DNA from: Balanoglossus misakiensis
Lineage: Eukaryota; Animalia; Hemichordata
DNA length: 64,000 nt
Direction: 5' to 3'
NCBI GenBank assembly: GCA_040954595.2
Contig: CM082596.2
Location: forward strand, 529,468 to 593,467
Positions 13,901 through 28,294 of the stretch are shown here, one piece after another. The notes under the pieces are model-generated. The model saw nothing but the letters and a program-made list of their open reading frames with translations. It was not told the DNA's origin and did not search any database. Every line of letters starts with the position of its first letter. Positions within the stretch are counted from its first letter, which is position 1. A program made the position numbers and the translations under genes.

Positions 13901-16900
13901 CAGTGCCAACAACACCAGAACGACATAGTCTCTCATTTTTTGCAGCATTTACACATGTTTAGATTGATTGCATTTGCCTCAGTCTATTTCGGGTGTAACT
14001 GCTTTGAGAAAGACCAGTAAAATGTTCTGATTTTTTTGTTGTCGTTCCGTGGCCACTAGTTGTGTTTTGTACGCTTCAAATGCGCTCACAGACGTGTTTG
14101 CTCTGCATGACTTGAGTACGGGCGCCCAGTGACGCAGTCTGCTTACTGGGACCGGCAATCTGTATAATTAGATCGGCGATTCCGCAATCTGTTGTCCGTT
14201 TCCAGTCGCACCGTGTTTAATTTCCAATTTCAGCGAGGCATCTGAGATCAATTATATTTCCGTTGTGTTGGTTTTACTTAATGTGAACTGTAAACAAAGA
14301 ACATCTCCTTTCCAGTCTGATAAGCTGTTTTGAAATCTCAAAGTTAATGCTGTTTTAGGTATTAATTTTTCTCTACATGACGCTGTCAGAGTCATTCGAC
14401 TCTTTGGTCGACAAAACCATCATGTATCGTAGTAAACAAAATAAAACCATGGGAAATGTGATGTTTTCTTTAATTAGCGGCCAGTTGAATAAAAAAAATC
14501 AGTCAGAAGTCGACGTTAGGTAGTCTCGTCTGTAGGGAGCATTCAGTTGTGTCTGAGGCTTTTGTCTTGACTGCCAACGTTTTACATAGTGTGGCCTTTT
14601 CCGTCTTCCGCAAGTCTTATTCCAGAGCACTAGCCCACTGAGCTTCTATTGTCTCCATTCACAACGCACCGAAAAGATCCAAACGTAACGAGAAGAAAGG
14701 GCCAAGGGAGACGAGCTGTCCCATTTGTGAAGAGCCTTACGCCGCAAATTGAAAGAAAACAAACGTACTTAGTAATTAAGAAGGTGTCGCATACTTGAGC
14801 AAACAAATATGCAAACAAGGTGTACAAAAGGAAGGACGTGAATAGTTGTGTTACACAAGCAAGCCGCTCAACACCGCTCCACTTGTTGGGTGCTACACAC
14901 ACAGGTAATTGAGGGCGAAGTGTAAATATATACATACTAAATCGTAAAATAAACACCTAGAGAACGACTCTATTTACCCAGGTCAAATAAGAAGGAGTGT
15001 CGAGCGTAGCGGGTCGTCAGCCTGTGTCTATTCTCAATTCCTGGGAGACCCAAGGATAGAACGCTGGACTCAAGAGAAGCTGTCTTCAAGTAAGTTACTT
15101 GTTTTTCTGCTTTCTGTTTTATGGGATAGAGTGCTCGTGACTCAACCTGTCTGTTGTCATTATTGCTAAATCTTAGTTTTCATATCATTTTGTGGACTGA
15201 AACGTTTTAGTTATCGTGTTTTATGTTTCCATCTCATTCTCTTGCAAAAAGACGTCAGTCCGCGTTTCTCAATCTGCGTTTACAGCTATTTTGGTCTCTA
15301 GCTTCAACAAAGGAAAAAATTGTTTAATAAATTTTTAGAGTTAAAAATAACTTCCATTGGGATGGACGATATAACCTACTCTGAACTTTAGACAAGACTT
15401 TATAAATTTCTGCGTGTGGCGTGCTTGACGGCGTAAGACCAGTAGCTACTACCAAGTGTCATATTCCACCAAAACAAACATTACAAACCCCTAAGGCTTA
15501 CGGTCAATACTTTTACGATATGTACACTGACTTGCTACATTACTACAAATTTGCTTATCTGGACACGGCATTAACCTGGCGACATTTATAGAGTGTGAAT
15601 TTTCTTTCAATGTTGTTGATCTGGCACCGTCACAAATTTGGTCAACACAGCTGCATGTAGACACGCGTGCCATAGTAAAGCGCGAAGTGAATTTTGGGCG
15701 CAGCAGATGGTATGAAGCCGTGGGCACGAGTTTCGACTTCACGCGGTTGACACGCATAACACTAATACCGATTAGTGCGTGTTTGGCAAAGACCTGGCGA
15801 AATTTGATATGTAAAATGTATTTGTGTGGGTTAGTATGGGTCGTTTCGCTGGGGTTAATATTCAGAACGTCTGGTGGGCCGACATAGAGGTGCTAATGGT
15901 TTGATTGGGTACTAGCTGAAAGAACGTCTACTGCAGCTCACTTCTGAATTATGGTAATGTAATTCCATCGCTAATCTGGCGTAACGAGGGAAAAAAGTCC
16001 TGGATATAGCGCAAATAGAGCAATAGTCATGGATGAAACTGTTGAGGGAAAAGTCTCACGAAATGCCGAGGCAAGGAAAGCTAGCGTGGAGTAGATTCTG
16101 GCAGCTGCTTAAATGGCTTTTCAGATCGATTGAATCGAAGTACTTATGGTTTTTATTTGTGTGTCTAAATGCTTAGTGAATTTGAAAAGAAAAAACCAAC
16201 AGTGTGAGTGGGGTGGTTGTCAAACTATCCCAGTGTATCCCTGCTCAATTTTACTACAGTTTTTTTTTCTCGGCGTGTTTAGCACATTCTGATTCCCGGG
16301 CCGTTTATGGGCCACGCTGATGATGTTAGAGAGAGGGTGGCGTCCCCCTCCCCCTCGACGCCCCATGACACACCCTCGGCCTCCCAAAAGGAAGACCAGT
16401 AACGCCTATGAGCCCTACTGATAGTTAGCAGTCTTGTTGAGCAAAACGCTTTACCAGCAAACGGCTTTGTCCTTCATCAATGGACTATTGTCGAATGTGA
16501 GTGTTTTGAGAAAACTGGCTGAGCCCTGGCGCTATGTCACGCAGGCGCTCTGCTGGCCGCAATAGCCGCTTGCAGACTGACCACTTAGAGCTGTCAGCAT
16601 TATTGCTCTTGTTTTCAACGAGATAGAGTAAACAATTAACAACAAAATAGGTGACAGCCACAAACACGTGTAGAAACACTTAGAAGACTGTCAAGGTTCC
16701 ACTTGTCGATAATAGCATCGATCTAACCCATGGTGTACAGGAAATCTTGGGCCGTTTAATAAGCAGTAGAGACTATCAAGAAAAGCCTTAGAAATAGGGA
16801 TGCTTTATGATAGAATATCGCCTCGGGCCACAGCCCATTTTACATTGAATAGAAGCTGTGCTTGAAGAAAGAACACCACATGTCATTTTTTCCATCGCCT

Positions 16901-18859
16901 GATTTCTGAAGCGTTTCCACCAAATCAAATCAATTTGGAGACCCAGCGACGACCATCCTTAACGCATTTCCTCATTGGAAATAAATCGGTTTGCATTTCC
17001 ATGGCAAGAAAATCAAGTGATTGAGAAAGAGAAGTTGTGTCTACTGGCAGGTGGAGCAATCGATTGAGGTAAAGGGGGCCTTCATCAAGCCTATTGTCAC
17101 CACCAAGTGGCAGTTTACTAGGTTTGAAACACCCCCTTATTTAGATTACTTGAGATAGCAAGGTGCCGATGCAGTAATTGGCTGCCCGCCCCCGGGGCCC
17201 GCCCTACCCCGGTTTCCACACAATCTGCAACGAAAATTTATGGAGAGAGCGAACGCCAAGGGCAACTGTAGCAGGCACGACAACGAATGGTCATCCACAA
17301 CGGACTCCCTCAAATGATAAATCTCAGATATTACGATCACGTGACACAAATAGATTATTGTTGCTTTTGGGTTGAATCATGGCAGGATATGCTAATCGAA
17401 ATACACAAGTCTGGATTATAGTTCCCATGATGCATAATCCTGTTTTGGGAGCGTACAAGTTAGGATAAGTGCCCTGGCATTAAGTCCTCCAAGGGGCTTG
17501 GTTGCAACCATCATTATGGTCTGCGTGAGCAATGTTCCAAGAATCTCTGTGTGACTCGACTGCGATTTTTTGTAGGTGCAGAGGGAATTGAATGAGGGAA
17601 GCAGATTCAGTGAAAGCCGCTTGAATTCAACATATCAATATCGGCATGAAAATAACCTAAGGCAGTCCGCTTCATTGATGTCGACTTGCAATCAATCAAG
17701 TCCCTGTAGACAATCTGCCGTTGTATTGCATCCACACACTGCCCGCTTTTATTGCACACTTCTAAAAACAGTGTGAAAACACACAAACCTCTCCCCAAAT
17801 AAAATATGTGGAAATGAAATTAAAAAAAGCCAAAATGGCGACCTATTTAGGAGCCCTGTGCCATGGACCCACAAAAAACCGTACATAATCATCTGAGGTT
17901 ATTTTTGCATTGTAATATCTTATTGTAAAGGTCTGCTCGGAGGGGGTGGGGCTACATATCCCAAGGGTGGAAGAGCCGCCGTTTCTCTCGAACACCTTCC
18001 ATTTTCCATTGTGCGAAAATTATATTTGCCCCTTCGGCACGCTGCAGATGTGGTAATTTTTCACCAGTCTTTTTATGCCAAGCCTTTGTCAGTTGTAGAA
18101 CTCTTTCTCTACAGTGACAAGTAAGAGAGGAACAAAATATATCATCAATTGAACGGTCACATCAACAACTTTACAAAAAATTACCTTCCTTTCCAACATG
18201 CCCAATGACAAATCGCAACCCAGACCACGACATATTGCGCAAATATTCGCCATATATTTGGATAATTATATGTCTTCTAAAACTGATATATGACTTTGTT
18301 GAGGAATTTTATGATTTTTTCTTGTTTATATACTTTGTCTGTGATTACAACCAAAATTATCCGTTGCTACCCGTATTGATGACGGTTCACGGAAAAGTTA
18401 ATCTACTGGGATAAGCTCTCGACTGAACCTTAATTACAACAGAGTTTTTTAGTCATCATTTCTATATTATTTTTAACCCTTTATCATCCTTCAAGGGGTC
18501 TTGAGTTTCTATGGCGACCACGTAGTTTCATCAAAGAGTTTTTATCCCGCGATCAACGGTAAATATTGACAAGAGAATGAAGGGCAAAGGCGTTGTAATG
18601 TAATGTGGTGGTACATTAATGTCCTCCTGACTCAAACTAAGCATGGAACCGCGTCACTGTAAAATAATAATACGAAAAGCCACAACAGCAAATATGTATT
18701 TGGAGAATTACACATACTTAATGATTGTCTTCGCGCAAATGTCTCACACGCGTGACGGGGATATCAAAATAGAGTGACCCTTGATGATCAACTCAGGGGC
18801 GAGTTTTTTGAGCGCCTCTCTGCGCATCTCATCATGTTGTATGCAAAAAGGAAAAGTGG

Positions 18860-19071
18860 AGGGACTCCGCTTTATTGGTGGATCAGCCAAAAAGCGGTAC
18901 TTCAAAGTATAGGTAAGCGGCAATTATGGGGCCAAATGGGCGGGCCTGGTCATTTGCATTGTCCCCGACCCAGCTCAACGGCTTACTATCGACAAAGTTA
19001 GGTTGGAAAGGCCCACTTGACGTAGGGCCAGTGAAAAAACCACCCCATCAAGTGGCGTACTGTTTCGTATA
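18860..19071 (+). promoter_or_regulatory. Putative Sp6-9 proximal promoter/5'UTR
   Basis: Directly upstream of exon 1. Contains TTTATTGG (about 18871), TCF-like TTCAAAG with adjacent GCGGT (18894-18907), GC box GGGCGGG (about 18938) and octamer ATTTGCAT (about 18952). Confidence 0.5.
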
Positions 19072-19092
19072 ATGGCGACGTCGATGCTTGGG
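19072..19092 (+). CDS. Sp6-9: Sp6-9 (Sp8/Sp9-like) coding exon 1, MATSMLG
   Basis: ATG GCG ACG TCG ATG CTT GGG followed by the donor gtaagc. It matches the MATSLLG/MATSILG first exon of vertebrate SP8/SP9. Its phase-0 junction fits the acceptor at 26998 and gives [28 protein letters not shown]. Confidence 0.88.
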
Positions 19093-22000
19093 GTAAGCAG
19101 TTCTTATATACCTTTGGATTCTAATTGCGACAATTGCTCTCATTTATTCTACAAATTGGGTTTGTTAGAGACCTAAGTTGCCTACTGATCTCTGTACTCG
19201 TTTATAAAGCTTGCCTTCGCCTGTTCTCTGCTCACTGTGTACACACGCTGCTTCTGGTCGACTTTACAATTTACAACCGTTCATCGCAGACCCGAAAGCC
19301 ATGCAAACCTTATAGAGTGCTAGCAGGCAACCGAACTTTGGAGGAAAAACTTTGTTATTATTATAGGAAAGCTCACCAATCCCGGACTAAAATTCTTTCT
19401 TCTGCATTTGTAAGTAGAAATGTCAAAGTTTTTTTTAACGATTTTTGTTCGTGTTTTCCATTTCTTAACTGTAGTTCACATGACACTGCTTCCGGGTACA
19501 TTCTGGGCAGATTGGCGTGATTCGGACATCAACATTCACGCAGTCTGTTTTGATCGTGTTATTGGACAATCTAGAGTTAGCAAGCAACATTCGGCTCCCT
19601 TCTGTAGTAAATACAGGCTTTTCAAAGTGGTCCAACTTATCCACACAATTCTGAAAACATTCAAAGGCATTTTAGTTCAACTCGTGACTTTAAAAATCAA
19701 TTAGAAATTCTGCGATTCACGACATAAAAGGCCTCGTGTTTTTTCTTACAAAATGTCCCAAAGGCGGTTGGCCGCGGTATTGTTGTTGTTGTCGATGTGT
19801 CTGATTATTTTTCGATGCCACAGTGCAATCTGTCCTCTCACCTTCACTTACAACCTGGGTCGAGATTTGTGAACACTAGTTTGGTTTAGTCGTCCGAACA
19901 AAAAGGAGACGTTAGAACACAGAGCATACACACGGGAACTGAACTCATTCAGTCAGCGCCGTCTGCAAGCCCTCTACCAAAACACGACTTTTTCAGGTGA
20001 TGCGAACGGCAGACAATGTCAGCCCAGCCACCAAAAGGGACGCCGTACCGCATTGTCATTTCTACGGCTGTTCATTTGCTAAACTGGACAGAGTACATCC
20101 CGTACATTCACTCACTCACTTTGTTTGTCATTTTGGTCAAAATATCGTTTTTCAATGAACCTGTTTTCCCTACTCACTGGAAGAGGAGATACTATGTGGT
20201 ATTTCCACTATTATTTATGTGTCACGGCACTGTCCCGAAATACATACATGTACCATTCTGCGATCGATCTAACATGGAGTCCCTATACGCGCTTGGCGGA
20301 CAGAGACCAAGTCTACGTTATTTTCTACAGTGTGTCTGAATGCCCGAGCATTGGTTACTAGCGAGGGATAAAAATCACGGGAACAGGAAGGTTTGAAAGT
20401 TAATGATGTCGGTAACCCGCGTGGAGAGCAGCGTGTCGTTTTCTATGGCTCAGCGTCAAATCAAGCTCTCCCGCTATGTAACTTGGCATCTTAGTCACAC
20501 GAATTTGGTTGCAATTTTTAGCGCATTGTTCTTCGCCAGCCCGACCTTCTCAGTAAAATCACCGTTACAGAAGAATTTATGTTTTTATCAGAAAAAAATG
20601 ACTAGTTACGAATGACAGAACCAAGTCCCAAAACCACAAAGCCTCAAAATCAAGAAACATTTTCGTATCAAGTTTGCGCGTACTTGTTTAGTAATATACT
20701 TGATACCAGTTATCGATATTTGCTTGTTGCTGTAAATACTGAATTCCAGTTGGACTTCGATAAAAACAGCATGGTCGTACACTAGAAATCGAAGTACACA
20801 CGTATGTATCACATAATTGCAGTTTAAATTGACTTTGGACGTTCGGTCCAGGGTTACAAACAATTCAATGTACCGAACCTTGGATGACGTGCAAAGCTCC
20901 GAATTTACTTGCCAGTAAGTTGACCAAGCGCACGCGTTTAAACACAATTATATTCGCTTCTGAAACACATTCCATATTTCAACATAAATTCTGGAGTGTA
21001 TCCGTTTTTCTCAAGTTGATTTCCCTGTGTATTTCACATGTTTCAGGGAAAACAAACTTTCCCGATGATTTTTGGCCACCAAAAGGCCAAAAACCTCGGT
21101 AGATGGTAACACATTTTACATGGCCAAGGACATGTCTATTGCAGAATGAAATATTATAATATAGGAATAATTTTCAGATATTTTACAGTCCTTGTGCGTA
21201 TCACACAAGATAACTTTTTACCACAGATAAATTTTCCACCGCGGTACATAAAGAATATAGGAAATACCTGTGTGTTTCCTACATTGGACGTCTGGTGTTA
21301 TTGGGCAAGTGATGGTGTCACTCGACTGGTACTACAACGCGATGAGATACAAATGGCCGCTTTGCATGTCACAAATGTGTCCATCCTACTCAAAGATGAC
21401 AGTTTCTCCTCAGAAAATTATACAAGTTCATGATCAACCTCATTCTACAAGTCAGCTTTATTACATTGAGTGGTTATATTACAATTTCCTTGGTTGATTT
21501 TGGTATTCCCCTACTTGGCTGCGTGTTGGTCCGGAAATTGGGTCGATTTGAATGATCGTTGCATGATTGATCGCTGCAACGGTAGTCAAAATATTAATAT
21601 TTCGAACACTGGCCGTCATCTGAACCAGGCAGTATCTATTCCTGGTCCATGTAATACTTGCATATAATTCACAAAAGTTGCGGACTTTAATTTTATATTT
21701 TTCAAAAATAAAGTTAAACAAAACAACGTAGATGTTTTACCAAGGCCAATTTTCGCGTTCCTGTTAGATCTGGCGTTCTTTACAATCTTTTTTTTATATC
21801 GTCTCATACATGCACGGATTATTTTTTCTCAAAATAGCAGAGTTTATCGTTTATCGCCTTTAAGTTTTATGATCATGTATTTTTGTATAAAGTTTCATTC
21901 ACCACAAGATTATTTTCATGGATGGATTGGCCTCATTCCACCTCAGTGTCACTAGATTACATATTCCAGCTTTCCATGGTACATGCCTTGAAATTTGTCG

Positions 22001-23168
22001 TCTATGTTCCGACAAGACACATGGAAGTCTTTTTGTAGGATATTCTGTGACAAAACTGTAGACTTTGCATGAATTAAATGAAAATTGCACGCGTCTGTCT
22101 CAGCTCAGAACGACTGTTTGAGATAGTTTGATTTCTGTTGGATACCTGTGACATGCTAGTATATAGACAATAAAAACTGACTGTTCGTCAATGAGTTTAT
22201 GTCAGAATCTTCAATAAAATTTAGTGGCTTCGCAAGTTATCGGCGCGCGAAATGTTACAGTATACGGGCGCAGAATCTAATAAAATCCAAAGGCAAAATT
22301 TTGAATGCGAGGTAAGCGTTTCGGAGTGTCCAGGTTAACTGAACGTTGGTTATCACGACCTCGATGCATTTCACCTTTTGTGTCCCAGCCGTTTGATTTA
22401 TAGTTGACCACTTGAAAAAACAAAACAAAGCAACACAGAATGATTGACTCTATTCCCCCTCCAAAAACCCCGAGTGCCAACAATCTATTCTTAAACTAGA
22501 TTTCTGTCAAATGTATTACCACAATCTAGTCAATATAGAAGCCGTTATTTCCCTTTTAAAGAGAAAGTGTACACAATTTATCCAGGCGTTTTGTCTTGCG
22601 TGGCGGCTGGGCTATTTTGTCTCCGCAGACAACAAAGAAGGCTAGCTATTGAACGACTTACTACTTTCAAAACAAACTGTATGTTTTCTTTGCCTTTTTA
22701 CAACCAGACCAATCAATATACATTGCGGATGCATGCATGCATCAGCATCTGTCTTTAATGAATTAGTGAACTGATCATATAATTAAAGTTTATTAGGAAA
22801 ATCGAAATTCAGAGGTCAGCTTTACTTCGGAGGCAAGTTTCTGGTTTTAAATTTAAAATCCAGTGTGGTAAAGTGGAACGCTTGAAAAGTCAGTGATGCG
22901 TTCAAATTCATGTAGAGGCAAAAACCGACGGAGTGAATGCGTTTTTCTATCGACGTTCATTATCATTACTCTTCCAACCTCTGACAATTTCTTTCGCTAT
23001 TGCTTTTCGTTTGAATTCCCTCTGTGCTTTCTCAGATGTTACAATAGGTTAGTGCACGTTTATCATGTGAGAGGGTATTTTTTCGGGTCACTGCTCCGTC
23101 TCTGTGTTTAGCTGCCGGATAGAACATGTTTGGTAATAATAAGTCTTTTCTGCGCCTCGTACTAATTT

Positions 23169-23405
23169 TAGCCTGGTAGTACTTCTTCCACGGTTCACGC
23201 TCCGTTCTACTGGTACCAGTACCGCAACTGGCGTATCCAACAGTACCCAGCAACGCAAATTATGATTGGCTATTGATAACGTAATCACGAAACACCGCAG
23301 CAGTAAATCAACCTATCAACGCCAGACTTGTATTTTGTACCAGATGGGTGTCACCTTTGTTGGGGGTAGGTTTCCACCCCCGGGGCCATAAGTCGATACT
23401 AGGCA
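23169..23405. mobile_element. Possible MITE with imperfect terminal inverted repeats in the Sp6-9 intron
   Basis: Left end TAGCCTGGTAGTACTT versus right-end reverse complement TGCCTAGTATCGACTT. No clear target-site duplication. Confidence 0.3.
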
Positions 23406-24217
23406 TGTTTGAGGATGGAATGACTTTTGCGTTTGTTACATCTACACAAAGGCGTATCTCGCAGACATAGACATTCCGAATGGTCAACGATGTCTGCGCG
23501 GGCTATGTTGAATATCTGGTAGGAAGCACGGTGTAAATCTGGACTACAATTGGCCAGTCAGTCAGTCACTCATTCAGTCATCAACAACGACGGAGGGTTT
23601 TGCCGGTTAACTATCTGTCTGTTGAGCAGATGCTTGATGAATCATGGCTTTGAAATTTAAATTAGCTTTTTGACATTTTGTATGAGCAGTTTCACATAGA
23701 AAACAGTGGAAACACTCAAAAATTGCTACTACAAGTACTGCTACTACTACTGTATATTTTAGACATTTCAAATACAGGGTATATCGATAAACCTGCGAAT
23801 AACAGACCCAGGATGTCCCGGGCTTATACGTTCGCTTTTCGAGGCAGGACTGTTTGTTTGGTGTGACGTTACTCGTTTCAAGAGAGAAGCATATGTCCTT
23901 ATTTTAAAAATTTAATGCGAGGCTGCACCACGCCCTATGTTCCACCTTTTTATCTCCTGAATAAAGATGACTAATAACAGGGATTTATATCAATCAACGA
24001 CAGGTAAAGGCAAAAAGTAAACCGGCTTTGGTGGAGTCGAGTTCACGACTTTGCTTTTACGACAGGCGGACAAAAATTACAACCTGTGGGTTTTATTTCC
24101 TTTACATGAGCGGGGCCACGTAGTCTGGCCATCTTCAAATGCGGCGGAGTTAATTTTGGATACTTCCTGAAGAGTCCCTTGGTCCCTCCCACTTTATCAC
24201 TTAAAATCACGTGCTTG

Positions 24218-24303
24218 CTGAGTCTCTCTCTCTCCCTCTTTCTCTCTGAGAGTGATACACACAGAGGGAGAGAGAGTCAGACAGACAGACAGAGCGAGAG
24301 AGA
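24218..24303. repeat. CT tract followed by a complementary GA/GACA tract (fold-back simple repeat)
   Basis: CTGAGTCTCTCTCTCTCCCTCT pairs with AGAGGGAGAGAGAGTCAG. Confidence 0.7.
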
Positions 24304-24779
24304 TGGCGTACATATTACGAAATAGGTGTTGATGATTCAAGTCTAATTAAGATAGTACCATTCACACGTCACAGTTGATAATACATCAGTATAATGATTT
24401 AGCACAGTGGTGTCAATATCGGACATTTCCTCCTTGAAGTTAAAATACATTGACGATGTTTAATGACATATTGTCTCAGTTTCAATTAGGAACTCTGCAA
24501 CACTTTAATTACCCAATTTCTTGGGAAGAACGTTGTATTGCTAAGGAGTTTCCCGTACACAGTTTCGTCCATTTCAGCACGAAATTTGAAATAATGACTT
24601 GTTCCAGTATTTGACTTGACTGAACACAGTCGATTGATTTGACAGCGCTAACCTAGGTAACCGTTGGCTACGACTTCTCCCATTTAAAGCATAGCTGACC
24701 GGTTTTGCATAGCCACTTCAATGGAGTACTTCTCATTTTTCACTCTGTCAACTGGCCTTTGTGTCAGCAACGCCCAGAG

Positions 24780-24965
24780 GTTTAGAAAAGTCGACGCAAG
24801 TGACATGTTTGTCAACTTAAACGTGAAATCGAGACATCTTTATCACGCTCTTTGGGATAATCTTATCGGTCGACGTACCACGGGAATGCTCGGCTATATT
24901 TCTCGGTCTGTCGAACTGTGTGGGGCGGCCATTACAAGACAATTTTACGTTCAGCTATGTGTTCT
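24780..24965 (+). mobile_element. Possible decayed CR1/L2-type LINE reverse-transcriptase C-terminal fragment
   Basis: Translation ...WDNLIGRRTTGMLGYISRSVELCGAAITRQFYVQL resembles the LINE pattern HIDNI..KA.RMLGFI.R......K.QLY..L. Weak. Confidence 0.3.
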
Positions 24966-26998
24966 TTACGGGGTAGCCGACACTGCTTTAGAATCAACGT
25001 TTAATTAAAACAGGATCGTTAAGTTTAAATTTCAATGACAGAACCAGGCCAATAAATAAGTGACAAAAACTGTGTGTTGTTTTTGGCCGAAACTTTTTAG
25101 CGCGGTTTTAGTGACGCCACACTAAAACTCCAATTGTGAGAGACATGTCTCTAGTTGTCATTTGCCATGTTTTCTGTTACCGACAAGCAAATCGCTGTTA
25201 TGATACCTTCTTTGTGAACTTCAAGATAAGTCTAAACTGAGATAAGTCTGTCGAGACGTTTAACAAAATTAAACTCAGTTAATTAAATATCCCTTTCAAT
25301 TGGACTGGAATGATGGCAGAATGAAGCTCTTCTACGATTTGATAGTTTGGATTCTTGTCCCCGATCTATTTGCTCAATTATTTTTATCACAATTAACCTT
25401 GACAACTTACACTTCCTTCAATGTCAACTTTTTATCCACCCACCCTCCCCCTCACCCCTCCCACTAATCCTCAACGGGAGTACCATCGATTGCCCCGCCT
25501 TCACATGTAATGCAACAGCATTTCAAACTACACAACGTACAAAATGTCGCGTCATCATTCTGTGCCAACGTCTAAACTGGAATTTCGATAATTTAAAGCT
25601 TTCGATATTTATTTGGTTTTGATTTTATACTCAAGAGCAGGACAGTAATTTTTCAAACACAGTAAGTCCCACACAAACTAGTGTGGCAGAGATGATTGTA
25701 AAATTGGCCGCTTTTCCCCAGAATTGTGACGGGTCAGATGAGCAATAACTCACCGGTTTGTGTAGAATAGAATACAGCACGTCCGTACCTGCCTACACTG
25801 AACAACAATAATAATCATGACAGACTTGTCAATGATAGCTATAAACTCTTTCATGATATTTCTGTTGACACCAATGAGGAAGTCGACGAAAATACATCGT
25901 CCCCATTTTCGCGTTAAACTGCAGGACGGAAATTCGGTGTCAGAAAATCAACAGGTACTGAAATCGTTTTTTAATCCCGATAAAATGAAAAGTATCTTGT
26001 TTTATTTAGGCATCCGAATTGCTTCAGAGCTGCTCAGACAAAAATAAACTGACTAAATCCTCGTATTATGGGATTGCGATTTGAAGTTAGTTAGTGGTTT
26101 GCATGGACACGGGTCAAATACACACTGTTGATTATTGGGAAAGCTATTCGCCTTTATAGTTTGACTAAATTTGGTTAATCCTAACATGAAAAGGTATCCC
26201 GCATCTGGGGAAATAAAGATATTAAACTCATTCCTAATGAAGGAACTTCACGGTATGGTCTGGGGTTGTCATCAGTGTTCACTCACAATTCAGTCGATCT
26301 ATTCCACCCAAAATCTAACGGGAAATATTACAACCTAGCAACCGCTTCACAAATGTTAGTGGCTAACTGAAGGTCAACCAGTGACAGACGTATGAATATA
26401 TCATCAGCAAGTGAGATGTATAGGCCATCTTGAAGCGATAATAGGTGCTTTGTTGAACGCTAAAAATGGTCAGCTTCAACAATGTCCGCAAGAAAGACAA
26501 ATGATGCCGACCGGCCTGATCTTTATTGGGTCCTAAAACGTCCCAGTACAGTCAAATACTTTTGTCTTTCCTTCAATACAGTAAACAAGGGGTTGAACGT
26601 AAAAAAATCTATAAAAGCACCCAACCGGACAAGAAATTGATCTAACGAAGAAAACTTTACGAGATGGCATTTCAGTACATGTTTCTTCAAGACAATTATA
26701 TGCGACTTTTGACACGTAGCATTCGGCTTATTACAGGGATTTTATTGCCGGGCCAAAAAAGTGGGTTTCCACACGGCTTCTTTATGGTGGTCATCATGCG
26801 TCCACTCGTATAGGCAACTAATAAGATAGCTTCACAAATACATTGTGAACGATTTTATAAGGAAACTAGATAAATGGTTTCTTAATGTTTCACATAACAC
26901 ACAGTGAGGGTCGTGCCGGTCCCCCAATGACCCCGGCTGGTGACACCATTTTCTACACTTAAAATTAATTTATTGTGATATGACGTTTCTTTTTGTAG

Positions 26999-28294
26999 GA
27001 GCAACCACGACCCGGTGCTACTCCGCTCGCCATGTTAGCAGCTACGTGCAACAAGATAGGGAATAGAAGTCCACCGCCTCTGGCAGATGCAGCCATTGGC
27101 AAAGGTTTTCATCCTTGGAAGAAAACGACACCAAGTTTTTCCAATCCATCAAATATTGTCAATCCAAGACTGAGTGGTTTCTCTACAGAAAGCCCGCTGA
27201 CGTCCGGGATCTCGTCGTATTCTCTAGCTCAGTCGACAAACCCAATGACATCATATGCCAGCGATTTGTTCATTCCAAACGTTGCATCCCAGGTGAGGAG
27301 CACGCAGTCTGAACTGACGGGTCAGCCGGCGATTATACAAAAAGTACACGGCAGTATGTCGGAAGGGTACATGTCAAGCATGTACCAGAGAATGGGTGTA
27401 GGGCACCCGTATGAGCCAGCCGCTTGGTTCAAACCGACGCCGCACCACGGACTTTCCGGGGAGGTCGCTAACAGTGGTAGTACATGGTGGGACATGCATA
27501 CGCACACGCCATCGGCAGCCAACTGGCTGGACCCAGTTCAAAATGTGAGTACAACGTTACACTCACAACTTCCTAACTACAGCTGTTCGGACTATTCTCT
27601 GGCTGCACACCCAGCACTGTCTGGCAACCACGCAGCTCAGTTTCTGACCACTCCGCCACTTTTACAGGACAGTTTTAAAACCATGCTTCCGAGCCACTGT
27701 GATATGATGAGCATGCCTAATATGTCATCACCGCTGATGAGCCAACCGGGGCTGTCGGGACTCTCGGCCGCGTCGAGAGCAACGCGCCGCTACACGGGAA
27801 GAGCCACGTGCGACTGTCCCAATTGTCACGAAAACGAACGACTAGCAGCGGCAGGGAAAAGTATTCCCAAAAAGAACATTCACAGCTGCCATATTCCCGG
27901 ATGCGGGAAAGTTTATGGGAAAACATCTCATCTGAAAGCTCATCTAAGATGGCATACGGGAGAGAGACCGTTTGTTTGCAATTGGTTGTTTTGCGGGAAG
28001 CGATTCACCCGCTCGGACGAACTCCAACGGCATTTGCGCACACACACCGGGGAGAAACGTTTCGCTTGTCCCGTTTGCAACAAACGATTTATGCGTAGCG
28101 ACCACTTGAGCAAACACGTGAAGACTCACAACAGCGGCAGTTCAGGAAAGCGTAGCGGTAGCAGCAGCGGCAGTGACACGGAAAATAGTCAGAGCGGCCC
28201 GCCCAGCGTACCACCATCCACGCCCGGTAGCGTCTCCACACCAACGCCGGTACAGACCGAAGCGCAATCGAACTCAAAACCCATCATTCCTTAA
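26999..28294 (+). CDS. Sp6-9: Sp6-9 (Sp8/Sp9-like) zinc-finger transcription factor, exon 2 (full protein about 438 aa)
   Basis: Acceptor tttctttttgtag|GAG, in frame with ORF 27032-28294. Contains Sp box [14 protein letters not shown], clade motifs GFHPWK, HPYE..WFK and WWDM, Btd box ATCDCPNC, and three C2H2 fingers ([51 protein letters not shown]). Confidence 0.97.
   Translation, partial: EQPRPGATPLAMLAATCNKIGNRSPPPLADAAIGKGFHPWKKTTPSFSNPSNIVNPRLSGFSTESPLTSGISSYSLAQSTNPMTSYASDLFIPNVASQVRSTQSELTGQPAIIQKVHGSMSEGYMSSMYQRMGVGHPYEPAAWFKPTPHHGLSGEVANSGSTWWDMHTHTPSAANWLDPVQNVSTTLHSQLPNYSCSDYSLAAHPALSGNHAAQFLTTPPLLQDSFKTMLPSHCDMMSMPNMSSPLMSQPGLSGLSAASRATRRYTGRATCDCPNCHENERLAAAGKSIPKKNIHSCHIPGCGKVYGKTSHLKAHLRWHTGERPFVCNWLFCGKRFTRSDELQRHLRTHTGEKRFACPVCNKRFMRSDHLSKHVKTHNSGSSGKRSGSSSGSDTENSQSGPPSVPPSTPGSVSTPTPVQTEAQSNSKPIIP

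Noticed and set aside
1-19000. Short ORFs in the upstream region; search for an Sp1-4 gene
   Set aside because: No zinc-finger, Btd-box or other recognisable coding signal; consistent with a regulatory gene desert.
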